A stretch of 64,000 bases of DNA from Chrysomallon squamiferum (Eukaryota; Animalia; Mollusca). Within the stretch, counting starts at the first letter, position 1. The number at the start of each line of letters is the position of its first letter. The notes below the pieces were generated by a model. That model did no database searches. It was not told the origin of the DNA and saw only the letters and a list, made by a program, of their open reading frames with translations. Location: positions 434,001 through 498,000 of the forward strand of contig CM022665.1 in the NCBI GenBank assembly GCA_012295275.1, written 5' to 3'. The translations under genes and the position numbers were made by a program. Shown here in pieces: positions 14,314 through 30,100 of the stretch.

Positions 14314-17300
14314 TAACATATTCACATAGACATATCCGTTCATATATAGTAATATCTTTTCATTCACAGCAAATGCAACATGTTTTCACTCAGCACAACA
14401 GTGACTAATACATATATTTTTTTTTCATAAAATATTTAATAAAAATATTCAGTTTAAATGAAACCACTCATGCGTGCAGCCCATAAACTAAACATGAAGT
14501 TGAACCATACCCAGTATGTCTGCAGTGACAGTTTCGTACATCAAAACTGACATGTTTGAGATTAAGGACTGTACAAACAAATATTTATATATTTTATGTG
14601 ATTTTTATTAATGCAACATTTAAAGTTGTGAATAATAGTGTTGTACTTTCAGAATGTTGAAGAAATAATCAAGTTAATTAAAATTTTAAAATTAATTTAA
14701 AAATCTGATTTAGGGATACTGTTTTATAATGTTAAAACAGTTAACTAAAAAAAATAAAAAATAAATAATTTTTTTTTAAAAAAGGTACAAAAGTTGGGGG
14801 GTTCAAGTACAATTTTTAATTATGCAAATAAATGTGTATTGTTAATTCAAAATTTTGTTTTACATACATCTAAGATAAAATGATCTCTTTTTCTGTATAC
14901 TTCACAGTGATTATTTTGTCTGTTGTTGCATACCAGCCTTTGTTAATAGTATCAGCAACACAACAGCTTCTTAAAACATTGAATTCATTTTACAAACACT
15001 TCATAGAATGTATATAATAACTCTGTAAATAACTGATACCATAAGTTTTTAAAAATGTTAAAGTTCATTTCTCTGAAATGATGCATTAAGAAAATTGAAA
15101 ACTTTGTTGTTTTCATTATCTATTATTAATAAAGATTCATAACAATAACAACACAGTAACAATAACAATAACAAAACAATAACTTAGAAGTATATAAAAT
15201 ATATTTTAACTTTTAACATTTTTATCTATTGACAAAGATATACTGAAGGTTCTTTTGGCTCCTGAAGTACTGCATATATACATAAGATAAAATAATGGTG
15301 TACATTTTTGTTGTATTTTCCTTATTTATTATAATTTTGTTTATTTTGTTTAATTAATTTTATTCAGATTAATGAAAATATGTTTATTAAAATTTAAATA
15401 ATTATGAAATTAAAGCAGATAATATATTGTTTTTTTATATTCTTCAGGTACTGATGAAAGAGAATGTCAGTCTTTATTTTCATTATTTAAAAACAAAATT
15501 AAAATTATTAATTATTTTTTGTTCTAATATTTCAATCAAAAAGTTGAAAAAATTTCATAAATATAATTATAATTTTTGGTTTGTGTGTGAATGTGTGTTT
15601 TGTGTTTGTTTCTCAATTTGAAACAACAATTCTAGAGATTTGTCAAAAAAAAAATATCCTCAATTAAAAACTTACAAATGTAATTAGTATCACAGTATTG
15701 TATAATATTTGAATATAGGAAACTAAGAAACAGGAAAAAAGAAGCAGAGTGAAAAAGGAAATGGGGGAAAATTGAAATTGGGAAAAAAAGAAAGGAGAGA
15801 AAAAAGACGAAGAAACAGAAAAACAGGAAATGGAAAAAAATAAAATAAAAATAAAATGGAAACGGAAACAAATAGGTTTTTCAGACTTTATTTCAGTGAA
15901 AATACAGAAATATCCACACACACACACACACACACATTTTATTAAATCTTAGCACTGCACCAAATTCTCACTGTTCAAATTCCCATATAAGACTGTTCAA
16001 ATGATAGTTTTGCTCACTGGCTCTTACTATGATATATGTTAAGACCTCCTTAAATGGTCACATCCCTGAACATAGTGCTCACACAATGTTTTCAGTTTTT
16101 TCTTGAGATGAGCAAACCCTTTTTTTGACATATTTTCTGAGAATGTTACTTAGGGATGGTATGATCACCTTCCAGATGAAGGGATGATGTTGGCCATTCC
16201 TGCTGAAGAATTTGTTGTTAAACAATGTTCAGTATGAATCTGACAGACAGAGTGAAGGTTGTTGTAACTGTCATTCTGGAAGCCAGTCAAGCCAAAACTC
16301 TGTTATACCAGATCTTGTAGGCAACAAGCTGTGCCATTTCTGCAAGAGATGTCATCTTCATACCTTGCAGAAATCCATGTGATGTCTGATTTATGAGAAA
16401 TTATTTAAATTAAAAAATAACTGGTGAAATATAGGTGAAAAATCAGTGAGTTGGTGGACCACAAAAATCCATGAAAACACTAAAAGAGAAGAAACGACCA
16501 CTTCCAAAAATTTAAAAATTTAAAAAATCCCACCAACCTACTTCTTTTTCTTTTTTCCTAACCAGATTTGTTTCTTTCTGTATTCTGTTTTTTCCTTTCT
16601 TTCTGTTCACCATATTACTTGCTCCTGTCTGTTTTTTCACACCAGTATATTGTTTGTGTGGTGTTTAAGTATTCATTCACTGAAGTACCTGTAAGGTATA
16701 ACTGTATATTTGTTTCAACTAGGTAACCTAAAAATGTATCAAACAACTAACACACCATTTAGCCAGGATTGGCCTCCTTCAGGTAGAAAAACATCAAATA
16801 ATACTGTAGGTATGGAGCAGATTTGTCAGTTTTCTTTTGTTTGATCATTCTTTTTCTTTTTTTTCTTTTTTTCTTTATTTATTTATTTTATTTTATTTGT
16901 TTATTTATTTAGTTAGTTAGTTTAAAAAGCACTGTAGATGGTAATGCATCCAATTTATTTACTTAAATTTGTTTGGTTATATGTTTGTTTATTTGTTTGC
17001 TTGTTTTTTTTAGTTACTTAGCCATTTTAGTATAAGTTGTTGGTTTAACACATTTTATAGAACCTAACAGTAATTCTGTCTGTGGGAGGTGGCTGCATTC
17101 AAAATGTATAAAACGTTTTAGATTTATACATTTGTATATTATGAAACAGAAAACTTTAACAAGTTTCACACATAGCTTATTTATTTTAATTTTGTTATTA
17201 GTGTTAAGACTAAGTTTAAATACCAACACATAAATTTTTGTGTTCTGTTTGCATATTTTTTTAAACAAAATTTGCAATTTCTTGTTCATTAAAAACGTTT

Positions 17301-18438
17301 ACTTCAAGCTTTACATTTCAGTTTGTTTGGAAGGTTTTACTAATTTAGCTTCAAGCATGTCACATTGATACATACAGTATGATGAATAATGTGTCATCAG
17401 TTAAAATTTACAAACAACTTAAAATAAGTTTGTTCTTTTTATCATTATTTTTTTTGGGGGGGTCATTTTGTTTGTCAGCATTTTGTTAATTATTAAAATA
17501 GGAATGCCTTTGATAAAACAAAAAATTTAATAAAATGTAATACTGCTGCATGTACATATTAGTTTATATGTGATACTATGTTTCTGTAATTGCTATTATG
17601 AATATTTATTTTTCATCATTATGATTGATTTTTACAAATAATTATCATAACTATGTCTCATATGTCTTTGAATTTGTGTCTTCATGCTAACATTTGTTAC
17701 TAATAAAAATGGGCAATTTGAGGAAGGTTTTCTTTTCTCCTTTCTCTTTTTTTGTCACATTTCTAAGTATTAAATTATGGTTTGTATTAATTTTACTAGT
17801 AGACTTTTTCTCTGTTATGTTTTAATATCTGTATTTTAATGTTGTAGGTGTTGGTGGTGATGGGGTCAATTTAGATGATGACGAAGATGCTGATGGCCAT
17901 GCGGTAGATCCAGTGAAACAGAAACCAAAGGTAAGTCAAAATAACTTAATGAATTCATTTGCAATGAAACAAGAAATTTACAGTTAAAATGATTCTAGCA
18001 TGTTAAACACCTTTTCTATACTAGTACAATAAATAAAAGCAGGTTTGACAAAAATAAAATACTAATAAATTGAGTGAGTCCTTGCAAAATATTAAAATGT
18101 CATGAAAAAAGATTGAATAAAACAGATCAAGCAATTATTTTAAAACATGTAGACATACAACACATCGTACTAGTGTTCTGATATTTATTACATATTTTGC
18201 AGTTTGCATTAACTGATTTTTAATACTGAAAGTTGCAAACATCTCTGTGGTACTGAAAGCAACATGTTGTTTGACAATGTTTTTGCAACTATAAACAATT
18301 GCTTTGCAAAATGTTAAAATCTGTTTAAGTACTTTTAATGTTTGATATGCTGATGCTGAATTTGAACATTGTTAATATTTTCTAATATAAATGTATTACT
18401 TTTAAATAATGAATATATGATAATGAAAAAGTAAGTTC

Positions 18439-18469
<31 letters not shown>

Positions 18470-21400
18470 CATTATATGTCATAATTATGTCAGTTTTGGT
18501 TATGTTACAACATTCCTTGCCTCATTTATTAACATTACTGTAATATCTAAATATCTAATTTACTGGTTTAGAAAAATGGAATAATGTATCAGAAGAGAGG
18601 TACATGTATATGTTATACTACACACTTTGGTTACCCCTGGCAACAAACGTTTTTGATCTGGAATGTTGTTTAACAATCATTCATTTATTTAGTGCTGCTA
18701 TTTTAGTCTTGTTCATTCATTTATTCAAGTAACATCAGATGGAATGAAGTTAATGAATGCATTGCAATTGTCAAAGAGTATTTATTTATGAAAGTAACTA
18801 TTATGAATAATAAACATAACCAAACGTATTTTAACCTTAAATGTTTTAGACAAAAGTGAGTGCCATGTTTTAAATAATAAATAAATAAGGGAATGAACAC
18901 ATTGAAAAAAATGAAGTTTTAAAAAATGTTTGTATTCATTTTACAGTTTCATATAGCCAATTATTTTCACCTTGAATTTCATTATTTATATTAATTTGTC
19001 AGAATGAAAACCTTTTGTCTGATGTAAGTATTGAGAAAGCTTTGTTTTTGTATGGTTTTCTGAAAGAAATATGTCTGTGCCTCTTACTTTAACCTTTCAG
19101 ACTTAGTGTGAAATGAAGAACATTAACATTACTAAATTAACATTTTTCATCAGTACTTCCAAACTAGACATCATCTGATTATATTATATTATATTTTTTT
19201 TATTATTAATATTATTAATTTTTTTTTTATATTCTGCTTTTATTCAGGAATTTTTTTCTTTGAAATATGCATTAGACTGCCTTCAATATAAATGGGTTTT
19301 TTTTAGTTAATTATATTTGTTTATAATTTTTAACGTAATTTACAAAACTGAATCATGGTATAATAGATTAAATACAAATCAGTAGTATCAATAAACCCAG
19401 TAACATATCTGAAGCCATGTTCCCAAAGTTGTCATTATGTATCACTAACATGTTGTTGACAAAATGTTCATGATCTCGAAAGTGTCTATGAATGTAATTA
19501 GCCTGTGATATCTGTATTAACACCTGTTGTGTGTTGTGTGGTTTAAAGTCTGTCACAATCAAGCATGACACAGATCGTGCATTTTGCACATGGGATGAAA
19601 ATGCTATGTTGATGATCACTAACACCTTCTGCTAATGCTTAAAATGTATGGCTGTAAAATTTTGGTAATTGTTTAGGACCATCTTCGTGTGGTTGGTCAG
19701 CCATGTTTACTTGCTAACTGACCATTAGTCCATGAGACTGGTTCAGTTGTGGTAACAAATTGATGAACAGATCCCATGTTGATGTTGCTAAAATATTGTT
19801 TATGAGGCATCTGTGAAAATGGTTAAATCAGGTTCTTCAGACATTTTATAATTTGCCAGCAACTGATTTTTTCATAAGAGTGCATGACTGATTCTTCAGT
19901 TGAATGTAATATAAATAAAGATTAATGTAGTTTACAGTAATAATGTTAAACGATATGCTTTATTATACTTATGGCAAGTGAGCTGTTTGGGTACAACATT
20001 TTTATTTTAATAAAATATTATGTTTTCAACAAAATACATATAAATAAATAGAACTTTTCATCACTTTGCTATTCAAACTTCAAACATAGGCACCAGAATT
20101 GTGCACTTCAAACAACATTGTGATGATAAGAAAACAACTTTTAATTACAGTTGTTACGTTGTTGTTCGAGCAGTTTTATAAAGTTATTTTAATCTTTATG
20201 ATACTAACAATGGACATCTTCTGGAACATGGCCCCAGAATTGTTAACTGTTCTGCTTAACTAAATTTATAGCAAAAATACAAATGGGTAGTCTCTGATAA
20301 TACTTCGTATGTTCTGTCTAAACTAAAAGGATAAGTAATTACATGCATACATGCTGTATATAAGAACAAAAGAAGACAGTGGCTATAGTATTAACCAGTT
20401 AAGATTTAGTTTTAAGTAGAAGACAGCAAATTGACTAAATGAAACCAGTCGTATATAAAGTGTGACTATCTAAATAATGAGAATTTTTGTTTTCTTGCAT
20501 GTGCATATTCAAACTGAATTCTGTAATGCTGTCTTTGTATTAATTTATTTATTTTAAATATTATTATTTTTCTGTATCTCTTTATTTTTTTAAACCACTG
20601 AATGCATGTACCAGATCTTTTGACTTGTGTTTGCAGAATATCTTGACCAAACAAAAAAGAAAATTAGATAAAAGATAATTTATACAAAATAGTAGGATCA
20701 TTCATTATAACATGGAGCTTGCAAAAAGGCTTGTAGAAAAAGAAAAAAATAAGATTATGAATATGCTCTTTTTTCTACATTTCTGCTTATTTAATTCAAA
20801 GCAAAACAAAAATCTTTATGCTTGCAAATACAGTTAAGAATCAAATTTAAATAATCATTATCTAAACATGAATAAAGCTTGTTTTAGTACTACGCAAGCA
20901 GTTATAATTATTTTATTTATGTAGATTAGAAAATGATGGCTGTAAAAATACATGGGTGTTGGGGAAAATGGCATCTATTCAAACTTTTCTTAAAATATGT
21001 TTTTGACACTGGAAAAAGAAGTAATAATAATGAAAATAGTAATAATGATGATGATTTGGATATAGTCAATTTAATAATAATCATAATTTAGTTAACATAA
21101 ATATTAATAATGAGAATTTAAAAATTTGTGTCGTGTTCATAGCATTTTTAGTTGCATGGTTTGTGTGCCATACATCCAGTTTTCAAGCCTGTTCTGGATT
21201 TTATTTAGAAGATAATTTCTCAATTTGTATATGTATTTATTATTAATTAAATTAATTAATCATTTATTTATTCCATTTTGAAATAAAAACTATCTAAGAT
21301 TATAGAATTGTTTTAATTGAGTTGTTTACATATTGTATTTTATTATGTTCAGCAACCAAATTCTATAACAGCTGCTCATGTAATTAACATTTCCATATCT

Positions 21401-24400
21401 ACATTTTTCATCCTGGAATGTTATATTTTGTATTCAAAAATGGTTTCAATCCACATTTCAAAACATCAGTTATACAGCCATTATCTTGTTTGAATGTGTT
21501 GTCACTTTGACCATGTATTTACTCCCAAATTTATCTATTATTGGCTTATTCTATTATTTAAACAATTTGAGTTCAAAATATATTACGTAAAACTTGTTTG
21601 GTATTTGAAGTTTTGTTGATAGGTTATTAATTTGTTACAGGCATCTAATCGTCAGGTAATTTATCCCCCCAAAAAATAATGATAAAATTAAAAAAGTGTA
21701 TTTATTGTGAAAGAAATTATTTCAGGTGCGTAATCTGTTTTTCAATGATGGAGTAAGACGTATTGACTACATACTTGCTTGGAATGTCAAGTCAAAAAAA
21801 CAGGAGGAGGCTCAACAAGCAAGAAAAATCTTTGAAGAGAATCTTATAAAAGAAGGACTGGAAATTGAACATGATTTAGTATGTTAATAGTTTTCATCAA
21901 TAATAAACTGATTTGATGCATATTATTTTACTGCAAGAAATTGTTGTTTTGTAAGATTTGTTAATGTTTTAAGACCAGTTATGTTTTATAAATTAATTTG
22001 GCATTAACAATTTATTATTATTTTATTTTGTTTTTAAATTTCAGTTTTATAAACTTATTTATTCTGTTTATTATTTTACACAACAAATCATATTTAATTT
22101 ATAAAATGGTTTACAATAAAAATTATTATTATTATTTTTGTTTTGTCAGCACACTTTATTTATAGTTTATTGCTTAATTATATCTGTTTTAACATAAATT
22201 TCATCTTTTCATTGTGGGAACTGAGTACTATATAGTTCTTATCTTTTATACAGATAAGTAATTTTTTTTTTTTGTAATATAAAAATATGAAAATGTATTT
22301 AATTATTTAGTGTAAAACTAGTTATTTCAAAACCTTATTTGTGTGTGAGTGCTGAACCATTTTTTGGCATTCTCAAAATCCCTAAAATGGGCTATTTTTT
22401 TGGTTTTATTTATTTTTCATTTTTCAAGCTAAATACTTTTAAATTTGGTACACTGTAGCTTGTCTTTTGCTGCATTATTTTGGTTTCTGTGACATATGCA
22501 TTGAATAGTTTAAGTGAGACTTGCTGTGCAGAGGTGAAACTCAAATAATTACACAAAATAATGTTAATAAAATTATATTATTTATTTTTATCTGATACAT
22601 TATTATTCATAGTATTGTAAGAAATGTAAGAGCATTAGGAACTATTTTACTTTGATTCTCTATCATTTATTGATTTACATAATAAAAAAAAAAATTGTTT
22701 TCTTCATTAAATTTTCATCCTATTTATTATAGAATGTTAATGGATGAATAAAGATCATACAAACCCTTCTTTAAGAGTACATTAATTTGAATCTGTTAAA
22801 TACAATTTGTTTCTTGTTTTTTTTTTTTTATATTTAAAGTATATATTTAGCTTGTATCCAGAAAACCAAATATGCCAAATAAATGGTTTGGCATGCACAC
22901 ACAACCTCTGATGCATGTTTTGGTAAGAATACAATTCTGCATTTACAGAGAGGAAAACATACTCACTTTCTAAAAATCCATGCTCCATTCAAACTGCTTT
23001 CTCGATACGCTGATCTTTTGAAGATCAGGATACCAATGAAACAGGTAGGATAACTTTTTTTAATTATTCATTATTATTATATATTTTTAGCCAGTTTTGA
23101 TGATTAATATTGCACTATAGATAACTGTTTTGCTTTATGTTTTATACTAGACTCATTTAAATATTCATAAAATCTGTGTTTCAGTTGTGTCCGTTATTTT
23201 TATTGTAAGATCCAAAGATTTAAAAAATAGAAGTTCTTAGAATTTAAACAAAATATAAATAAATGCCATTGGTTATGCTTATTTAGATGGCTTGTTTGAT
23301 GAAATTAAGGTATTTATTTAGTTTTTACTGAAAGTGGTTTTAAATGAGGTTATTCTAAAAATAAACAACGAAATACTGATAAAAAATTTAATTCACATAG
23401 ATTGATTATATAGATTTTTTCTGTATTTTGATTGTTTGTTAATGCTAGAAAATGTTATTGATCTTGCATAATAATTTTTATGAAATATTTGCTTTAAACT
23501 TGTTAAAAATAAATTATTTATTCTCTTTCTTAGACTTTAGCTCTTCAACATATCAAGGACAAATATGAAGACTGGGAGGTTAGAACAAGACTTTCTTAAT
23601 TTTATTCTGTATTAAAATAACAAGCTTTTATTACCTCAGTGCTTGGCCAGATGGTCATAAAAATTGCCAATTCTGATTTGAAAACTTCCACAAATAATAG
23701 AAACACATTCAAAGTCTATTTAGTTGTAATTATTTTATAAGAACTTTTTTTATAGATAAGGAAAAGTGAGCAACCATTAAAACACTTGTGTTAACATCAA
23801 AGAGCCGAATGCTTATTGTGGCAGTGTTTGGCATTTCACTGTATTTAGTTTAATTCCCAGCTTTCAGGATACAGTAGACTCAGTATGGTAATTCTGTCAT
23901 TATCAGTGGTTGTATAAAACTGTATTTAACATACATTAATAATATAATTATTTTTGACATGAAAGTATGCAATGACATTTTTTATTCACTGCTAGATTAA
24001 AATTTAAAAAAATATATGTGCAGGGTTTTTATCTGTCAATATATTTGTAAAAGCTTATTATTATTTTTGGAAGTTGTTATTAAATTTAGCAGATTAAATA
24101 TTTAAGAATTAATGAATGAAATGATTTCCTAAATGATTTCTGGATAAAACAAGACATTCAAGATAAAATATCAGTATTAACCTCTGTATTGAGTAAACCT
24201 TACACTTTTTGCTTATAAAACCCTCATTGGATAGACTCATCCTTTGTTATTTAAATAATAAAAAAAAAAAAAAACACTTACAAAAAGTAATATATCTGTA
24301 AACACACTAATTAGTATACTTTAAACATTAATTTTTTTGTATTTGAATAAATGATATACAGAAGCATAACATTAGTCACTAAATAGTAGTAAGTTAAAAG

Positions 24401-26428
24401 AAAATACTGTAGCTTGAATTTTTCTTGTATTTTTCAACTTGTATGGATTTATAACCAAATCAAAATTAACATACTTGTTTAACCCTCCACATTATATTTC
24501 TTTTTGTTAAACATATTTATTTTTTTTATTTTTTTTTTCCCCTCATGTTTTAGTAAATTAGTCATTCTGAAATGCTTTAGATATTAGAAATCTTTATTTT
24601 TGGTTATTTGTTGTTGTTGATACTTGTTGCATATTAATAAATTCATAGGTAGTGGCAAACAAATATGAAAACTTTCATTTTAAGATTTTGGTTAAAACAA
24701 TGTTCAAAATAGTGATCTGAATCATTTTTAGCCATCTAGTAACTCAGTAATATTATCAAGGATAATAATTGTTTTTATCAGGTATGGACATGGAGCAATA
24801 TGATTTTACTATGCTGATATTATCCATAACTTAAAAAATATATTTATGGATTTATTTCAAATTTGAAACAAAGAAAGAACATATATTAGTATTTTCACTG
24901 ATGAATTTTGAAACCTTCTGATATATTCCAACTGCCTGCATCTTCTTTTTGAGGGGTGGTCTCCTTTAAGATCTGTTGTCTGTGAATAAGTCCATCTCTG
25001 TTCTCTCAGCCTTTTTCCCAGAACATTGCAGAAAGTCTTCTCTAAGAAAGACTCTGAAATGATTTTGTTCCATTTCATATTATAAATATCAATATAGCCA
25101 AAAGCCTGTTCCAGAACAAGGTTTGTCAGCTTTGAATGCTGTAGTCTTGTTCAGTGTTCAGGATCCTCCACTCCATGAAATGTCCCTCCTGGCAGGAAGT
25201 CATCCTTGACCCTGTCTTCAGTGATGCTTAACAAAGAGCAGAAAACCTGATCCCTGAATTCAACATCAGAAAGGCTGAAATGATATTGTTCTAAACCTGA
25301 ATGCTGTAATAGAAAAACTGCTTAAAATCAAGAAAGTTATGAAATTATGCACCAGATTCACAATTAATAAAATCTGAACAGATATATACTTCTTTATATG
25401 CACAGTGTACATGATATAAAGTATATTATTAACGTTAAAAAATATTTTAAAAATTTAAAAAATACAAAAATAAAATAAAATTGCTATAGTTGTTTTACAT
25501 GCTGAACCCACTTTAGGGGAAATTTGCCTTTTGCCACTTCCGGTTTCAGCATAATTTATTTTCTCCAAAATATCAACTGACAACTGTATTATTACCAATT
25601 GGAAGCCTAAAATAATTTACAATGCACATGAAATGTTCTAAAATCATCTTTCATTATCATTTTCGAACAAAAGTACATGTCAGTGAAATTAATACTTTTT
25701 TCGCATAAATATTACTTTAATACTGAACTAAAAGGTAAACTACTTGTGCAGTTCTCCATTATTTTCACCTGCAGCTGTCTCAGCCATCGCCATATTGAAA
25801 GTTGCTTGCTTCCAACACGCGAGCAGTCAACTGGCTAAAACCGGATTCTCAAAGTTGTTAGTCACATCTCCTTTTTTTTTCTTTTTTTATTTAAAATAAT
25901 GTTTTAACCACTATTTAATGCAATAATATGACTCTGAATAATTTAAATTACATCTAAAGTTCAAACATAAATTCTGTGAAATTAAAGATAATAAAATAAT
26001 AATGATAATAATAAATAAATAAATAAATAAATACGTAAATAAATTAAAATGAATTAAAATTTAATTCAAAGAAGGCAAAAATGGAAAAATCTGCCACTCT
26101 TTAAACTTGAAATATGAACAAATGTGGACAACACTGATAAATGTCAATTCATTATTGCTGAAACTACGTTTTATGACTTAAATATTTAAAAAATGCACAT
26201 GTGGGAAGTTATTCTATGATACAGAGGCACTGTATTTGTTCAAATAGTTTTAATGATAACAAGATGAAAAATAGTTCCAATGAAACTTGATGGTGAAATA
26301 TGACAAAATTGGTACAAATTACTTGATGGTATGAATGCTGGCTGCCACTACCTATAACATTAATATTTTATAGTAAGAACAAATCTTTATTAATAATGAA
26401 ATATATATATATAGTGAGAATAGCCCCA

Positions 26429-26461
<33 letters not shown>

Positions 26462-27136
26462 ATATATGAAAAAAAATTAGTTAGTAAATGCTGCCAAATA
26501 ATACTGTTATTGGGTGTTTGTTTGGTGGTCATTTTTTTTTTTTTCTTTTCTTTTTCTTTTTTTAATCTTCATTTGTTGTTATATTTATTTATTTTATTTT
26601 AATTTTCTTCTTTTTGTCATGATTTTTATTTTATCAAATTCTTATTTGCTATGTAGAAAACAAACAAAACTGATTTAAAATAATAAATGTGAAATAGTTT
26701 TAGGACGAAGTTATTGTTATGATTATTATTATTATTATTATTTAATTAATTAAATTGATTGGTCATAAATATTTCTTTAGAATTGAATGTGACTAATTTA
26801 CTAAATAATTGACTGCAACTGTATTTAAATAATAACAAATAACAAAAAGCATTGCTTATTGTTATATTTATGCTCCAGTTCTGTTAATTCAACTTTTTGT
26901 AATAATTAGATGTAGAATTTTGTTTTTTTGGATGTGCTCACTTTTATTATTAATTTTTTTCAGGGTTTTGATATTTTGATAAAAGTGAAAGTAAAGTTTT
27001 CCAACATTACATTTTTTTTTTTTTTTTTTTTTAATTGGTGATTTGGGAAACACTTGAAACAAGCACAAATTAAACCTAACAGTATTGAATTGTTGGTGTG
27101 TTGTTACATGTTTTAACAAAGTAACTACAAAGTATA

Positions 27137-27181
<45 letters not shown>

Positions 27182-30100
27182 TGTGTGAAATATTTAACAG
27201 AAAAATGTCACTAACATTTTTGTGCTTTTTCAATTTGTACCTACTTAAGAACAAAAACTCACATTAATAAAAGTGAAGGGATGATGTGAAAAATGTTTCT
27301 GCATGTTGCCCATCAAACTACGTTTATATTTTTACTATTTTATAAAATAAATTACTGACATTTGTTACAAATTTTAAATTAATCATTTTAAATATTCTGT
27401 TGTGGGAATTTTAGCGGGAAGCTGAACAAGTGGTAAGATTTGAAATTGATTTTAAATTACCTAAGAAAAAAAATACTTAATTAGCAATCTATCTTTCTTT
27501 CCTTTTTTTTTTTTTCCTTTTGTGTGAATCTAATGAATAGCCTGAACTAACAAAACTTAAAGATGCAAAATACACTGAATTATTTCCCTTGGAAAACAAA
27601 TCAATATTAAAATGCTGTAAACTTGTAGGTGGATGAAACAACATGTTATGTGATCAAAAGGAAGCCGGTATGGAATCTAGTGTTTGGTTTTTGGTTATAA
27701 TTGTTCGCCAGCCATTTGTTAAACTGCACCAGTTTAATGTTTCAAATTTTGCAGTTATAAAATTTAGCAATTTAAACTTGCATGGATTTGAGACTGATTT
27801 TTATTTCCGTGATCATTTCATGCTTGCCACCTTTCAAGTATCAAAATGCATGTAAATACTGATTATTTGATTACTAAATTCAGCTGTATTGATCTAAGAA
27901 ATACCAAAATGATTTTGAATATTTGTACCATTAGTTCAATTTTTTAACAGTTGTATTTCCATAGTTTTTGTTGTTTTTTGCTTGGCAAATTCTTACTATT
28001 TCTCACATTTTTTATTTTTTCTGATTATTTCCATCTGTTTTTTTAAAAGTTTAACCATTAATTTTATGCTGAACTAAATTACTTTAGTTGTTTTTATAGT
28101 TTCAAGTTATTATTCTGCTGTTAAAATTATTATTTTTTTTTTTTTTTTTTTACCTTCTAATTTATCAAGACTGTTTTCTTTTTTTAAAGGTAAATTTAGA
28201 ATTTAGAATTTTACATTAAATATTTTCTTTATAAATTATTAGAATAGATTGGTTAATAAATGTATAATGATTACATTGTGATTTTTGATTATTTTTACAA
28301 ATTATATGTAAGTTATGCTCAGTATATATAATATATGAAATATTAAATTCATCTGTTTTTAAAAGAAAATTAAATTAATGGTCAAAGTATATTCATCATA
28401 ATCTACAAAAAAAGATGAATTTGTGCCTGATAAAAGACCATAGCCAGTTCTCATATTAGTGATTTGCTGAATCATTTTTCTAAAGCAAACTTTCAAAATA
28501 ATTTTCTAACATACAGAGAGAGAAAAAATTAAGAAATGTGTCATGTATTTTGATGTCAGTGTTAATTACATTTTTAACAGGTAAGTTTTCTACATATTTG
28601 ATAAAGATTCAACTTCTTAAAAATTGTTTTGTTACCAAACCAGTGTTCATTTTTATATTTTTATCAATAATGTTTTGTTTGTATATGTGATATATCTAAA
28701 GTGTTTGCTGCATGTATGTTGTATTCCAGTAAAAAAAAAGCCTTAAAATGTTAATCTGAAGTACAAAATTTATAGGATATTTTTTCTTTAAAAAAAGTAA
28801 TAAAATAAAATTTAATTGCAGAATAAATTAATATTTTAAATATAGTGAAAAAAACATTCATATAAGCCTCAGAATTTCATCAAATGTAGACATTTATGTC
28901 TGAAATGTAAGAAATAGAGGCATTACTGATTATAATAGGGATTACATACTAAAAGATTACAGTATAAATTTAATTTTTAATTTAATTTTTATTTTAAATT
29001 TTAAATTCACACAAAGATACATAACTGTATACTGTGATAACATTAATGAAATAATTTTGTCAGTCACTTTAGGAATAATGGGGTTATTGGTATGCTATAA
29101 CAAATTTAACATTAGCACTTCCTAAAATACCCAGACATGTTATCCCCATTGGTGGTTGTGCCAGTTGACCCCTAAAACAGAAAAATAATTTACGTTTGTA
29201 AATGTGTAAAATGTGTAAATATGTGACAGATATATTTAGTATGTCTTTGTATCTTCAGTATTTGCTGTGTGTTTGAGTTTAGATTAGTTTAAACAATAAT
29301 TTAAATAAATATGATAAAGTTCAGTTACTATTAATTACATATATAAATATATTTATTTTTTAATTAAAAAAACAAAAAACACAAAACAAGAAAAAACAAC
29401 AAATTGTTATTATTTAGATTATTATTATTTAATGTCTATATCAGTAATGAAATTACCTAAATATGTAAGTAAATTAAAGCTGACAGTTTTAATATCACAG
29501 ACACAGAATGAGCAAAAACTATTTTTTGAGTCAGTATAGAAAATGTTTGAAATGTTTCTGTTAAACATTAGACTTGAGAAAAGGTATCAAGATTTACAAC
29601 ACATTACAAAAAATCTGAATTAAAAGCGTAATATTATTAGATATGATAAGGTGATATTTTGACTTCAGAACCCAGTGAAAGGATTGTCAACTCGTTTGTG
29701 GAGTTCTGTCATTGGTTGCGTTCAGAAATTCATGACTCCATTTCAACTGGATGAGACAGTGCTGCCAAAAAAAAAGCGGCAGTATACTGCTCCATTCAGC
29801 ATAGACAAGGAGTATCTGTAAGTACATCATGTACTTCTCATATATACTTGATAAAGCAGTTTCAGTAACTAAAATGAAAATAAGCTTTGTTTTAAAATAA
29901 TGTGGGGGTTTCTTGTACATAGCTGTATTTATTGTTGTATATTTTGATACCCAGTAATTAAATAATAATGTTATGCAGGTCTTTCAGGGATAAGGGATAT
30001 ACATTTTTGTTATTAGTTATAAAATTATCATATCAGTTCCTGATAATTTTCAAATTTTTAAATAAAATTTATTAGTTATGAACCAGATTAAATGGTTGTT

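Noticed and set aside
15950-26340. GC-richer intronic blocks at ~16.0-16.5, 19.35-19.9, 24.9-25.3 and 25.5-26.3 kb
   Set aside because: Probably old transposon debris (19.35-19.9 kb is faintly Tc1-like on the minus strand), but no motif or TIR was clear enough to call.
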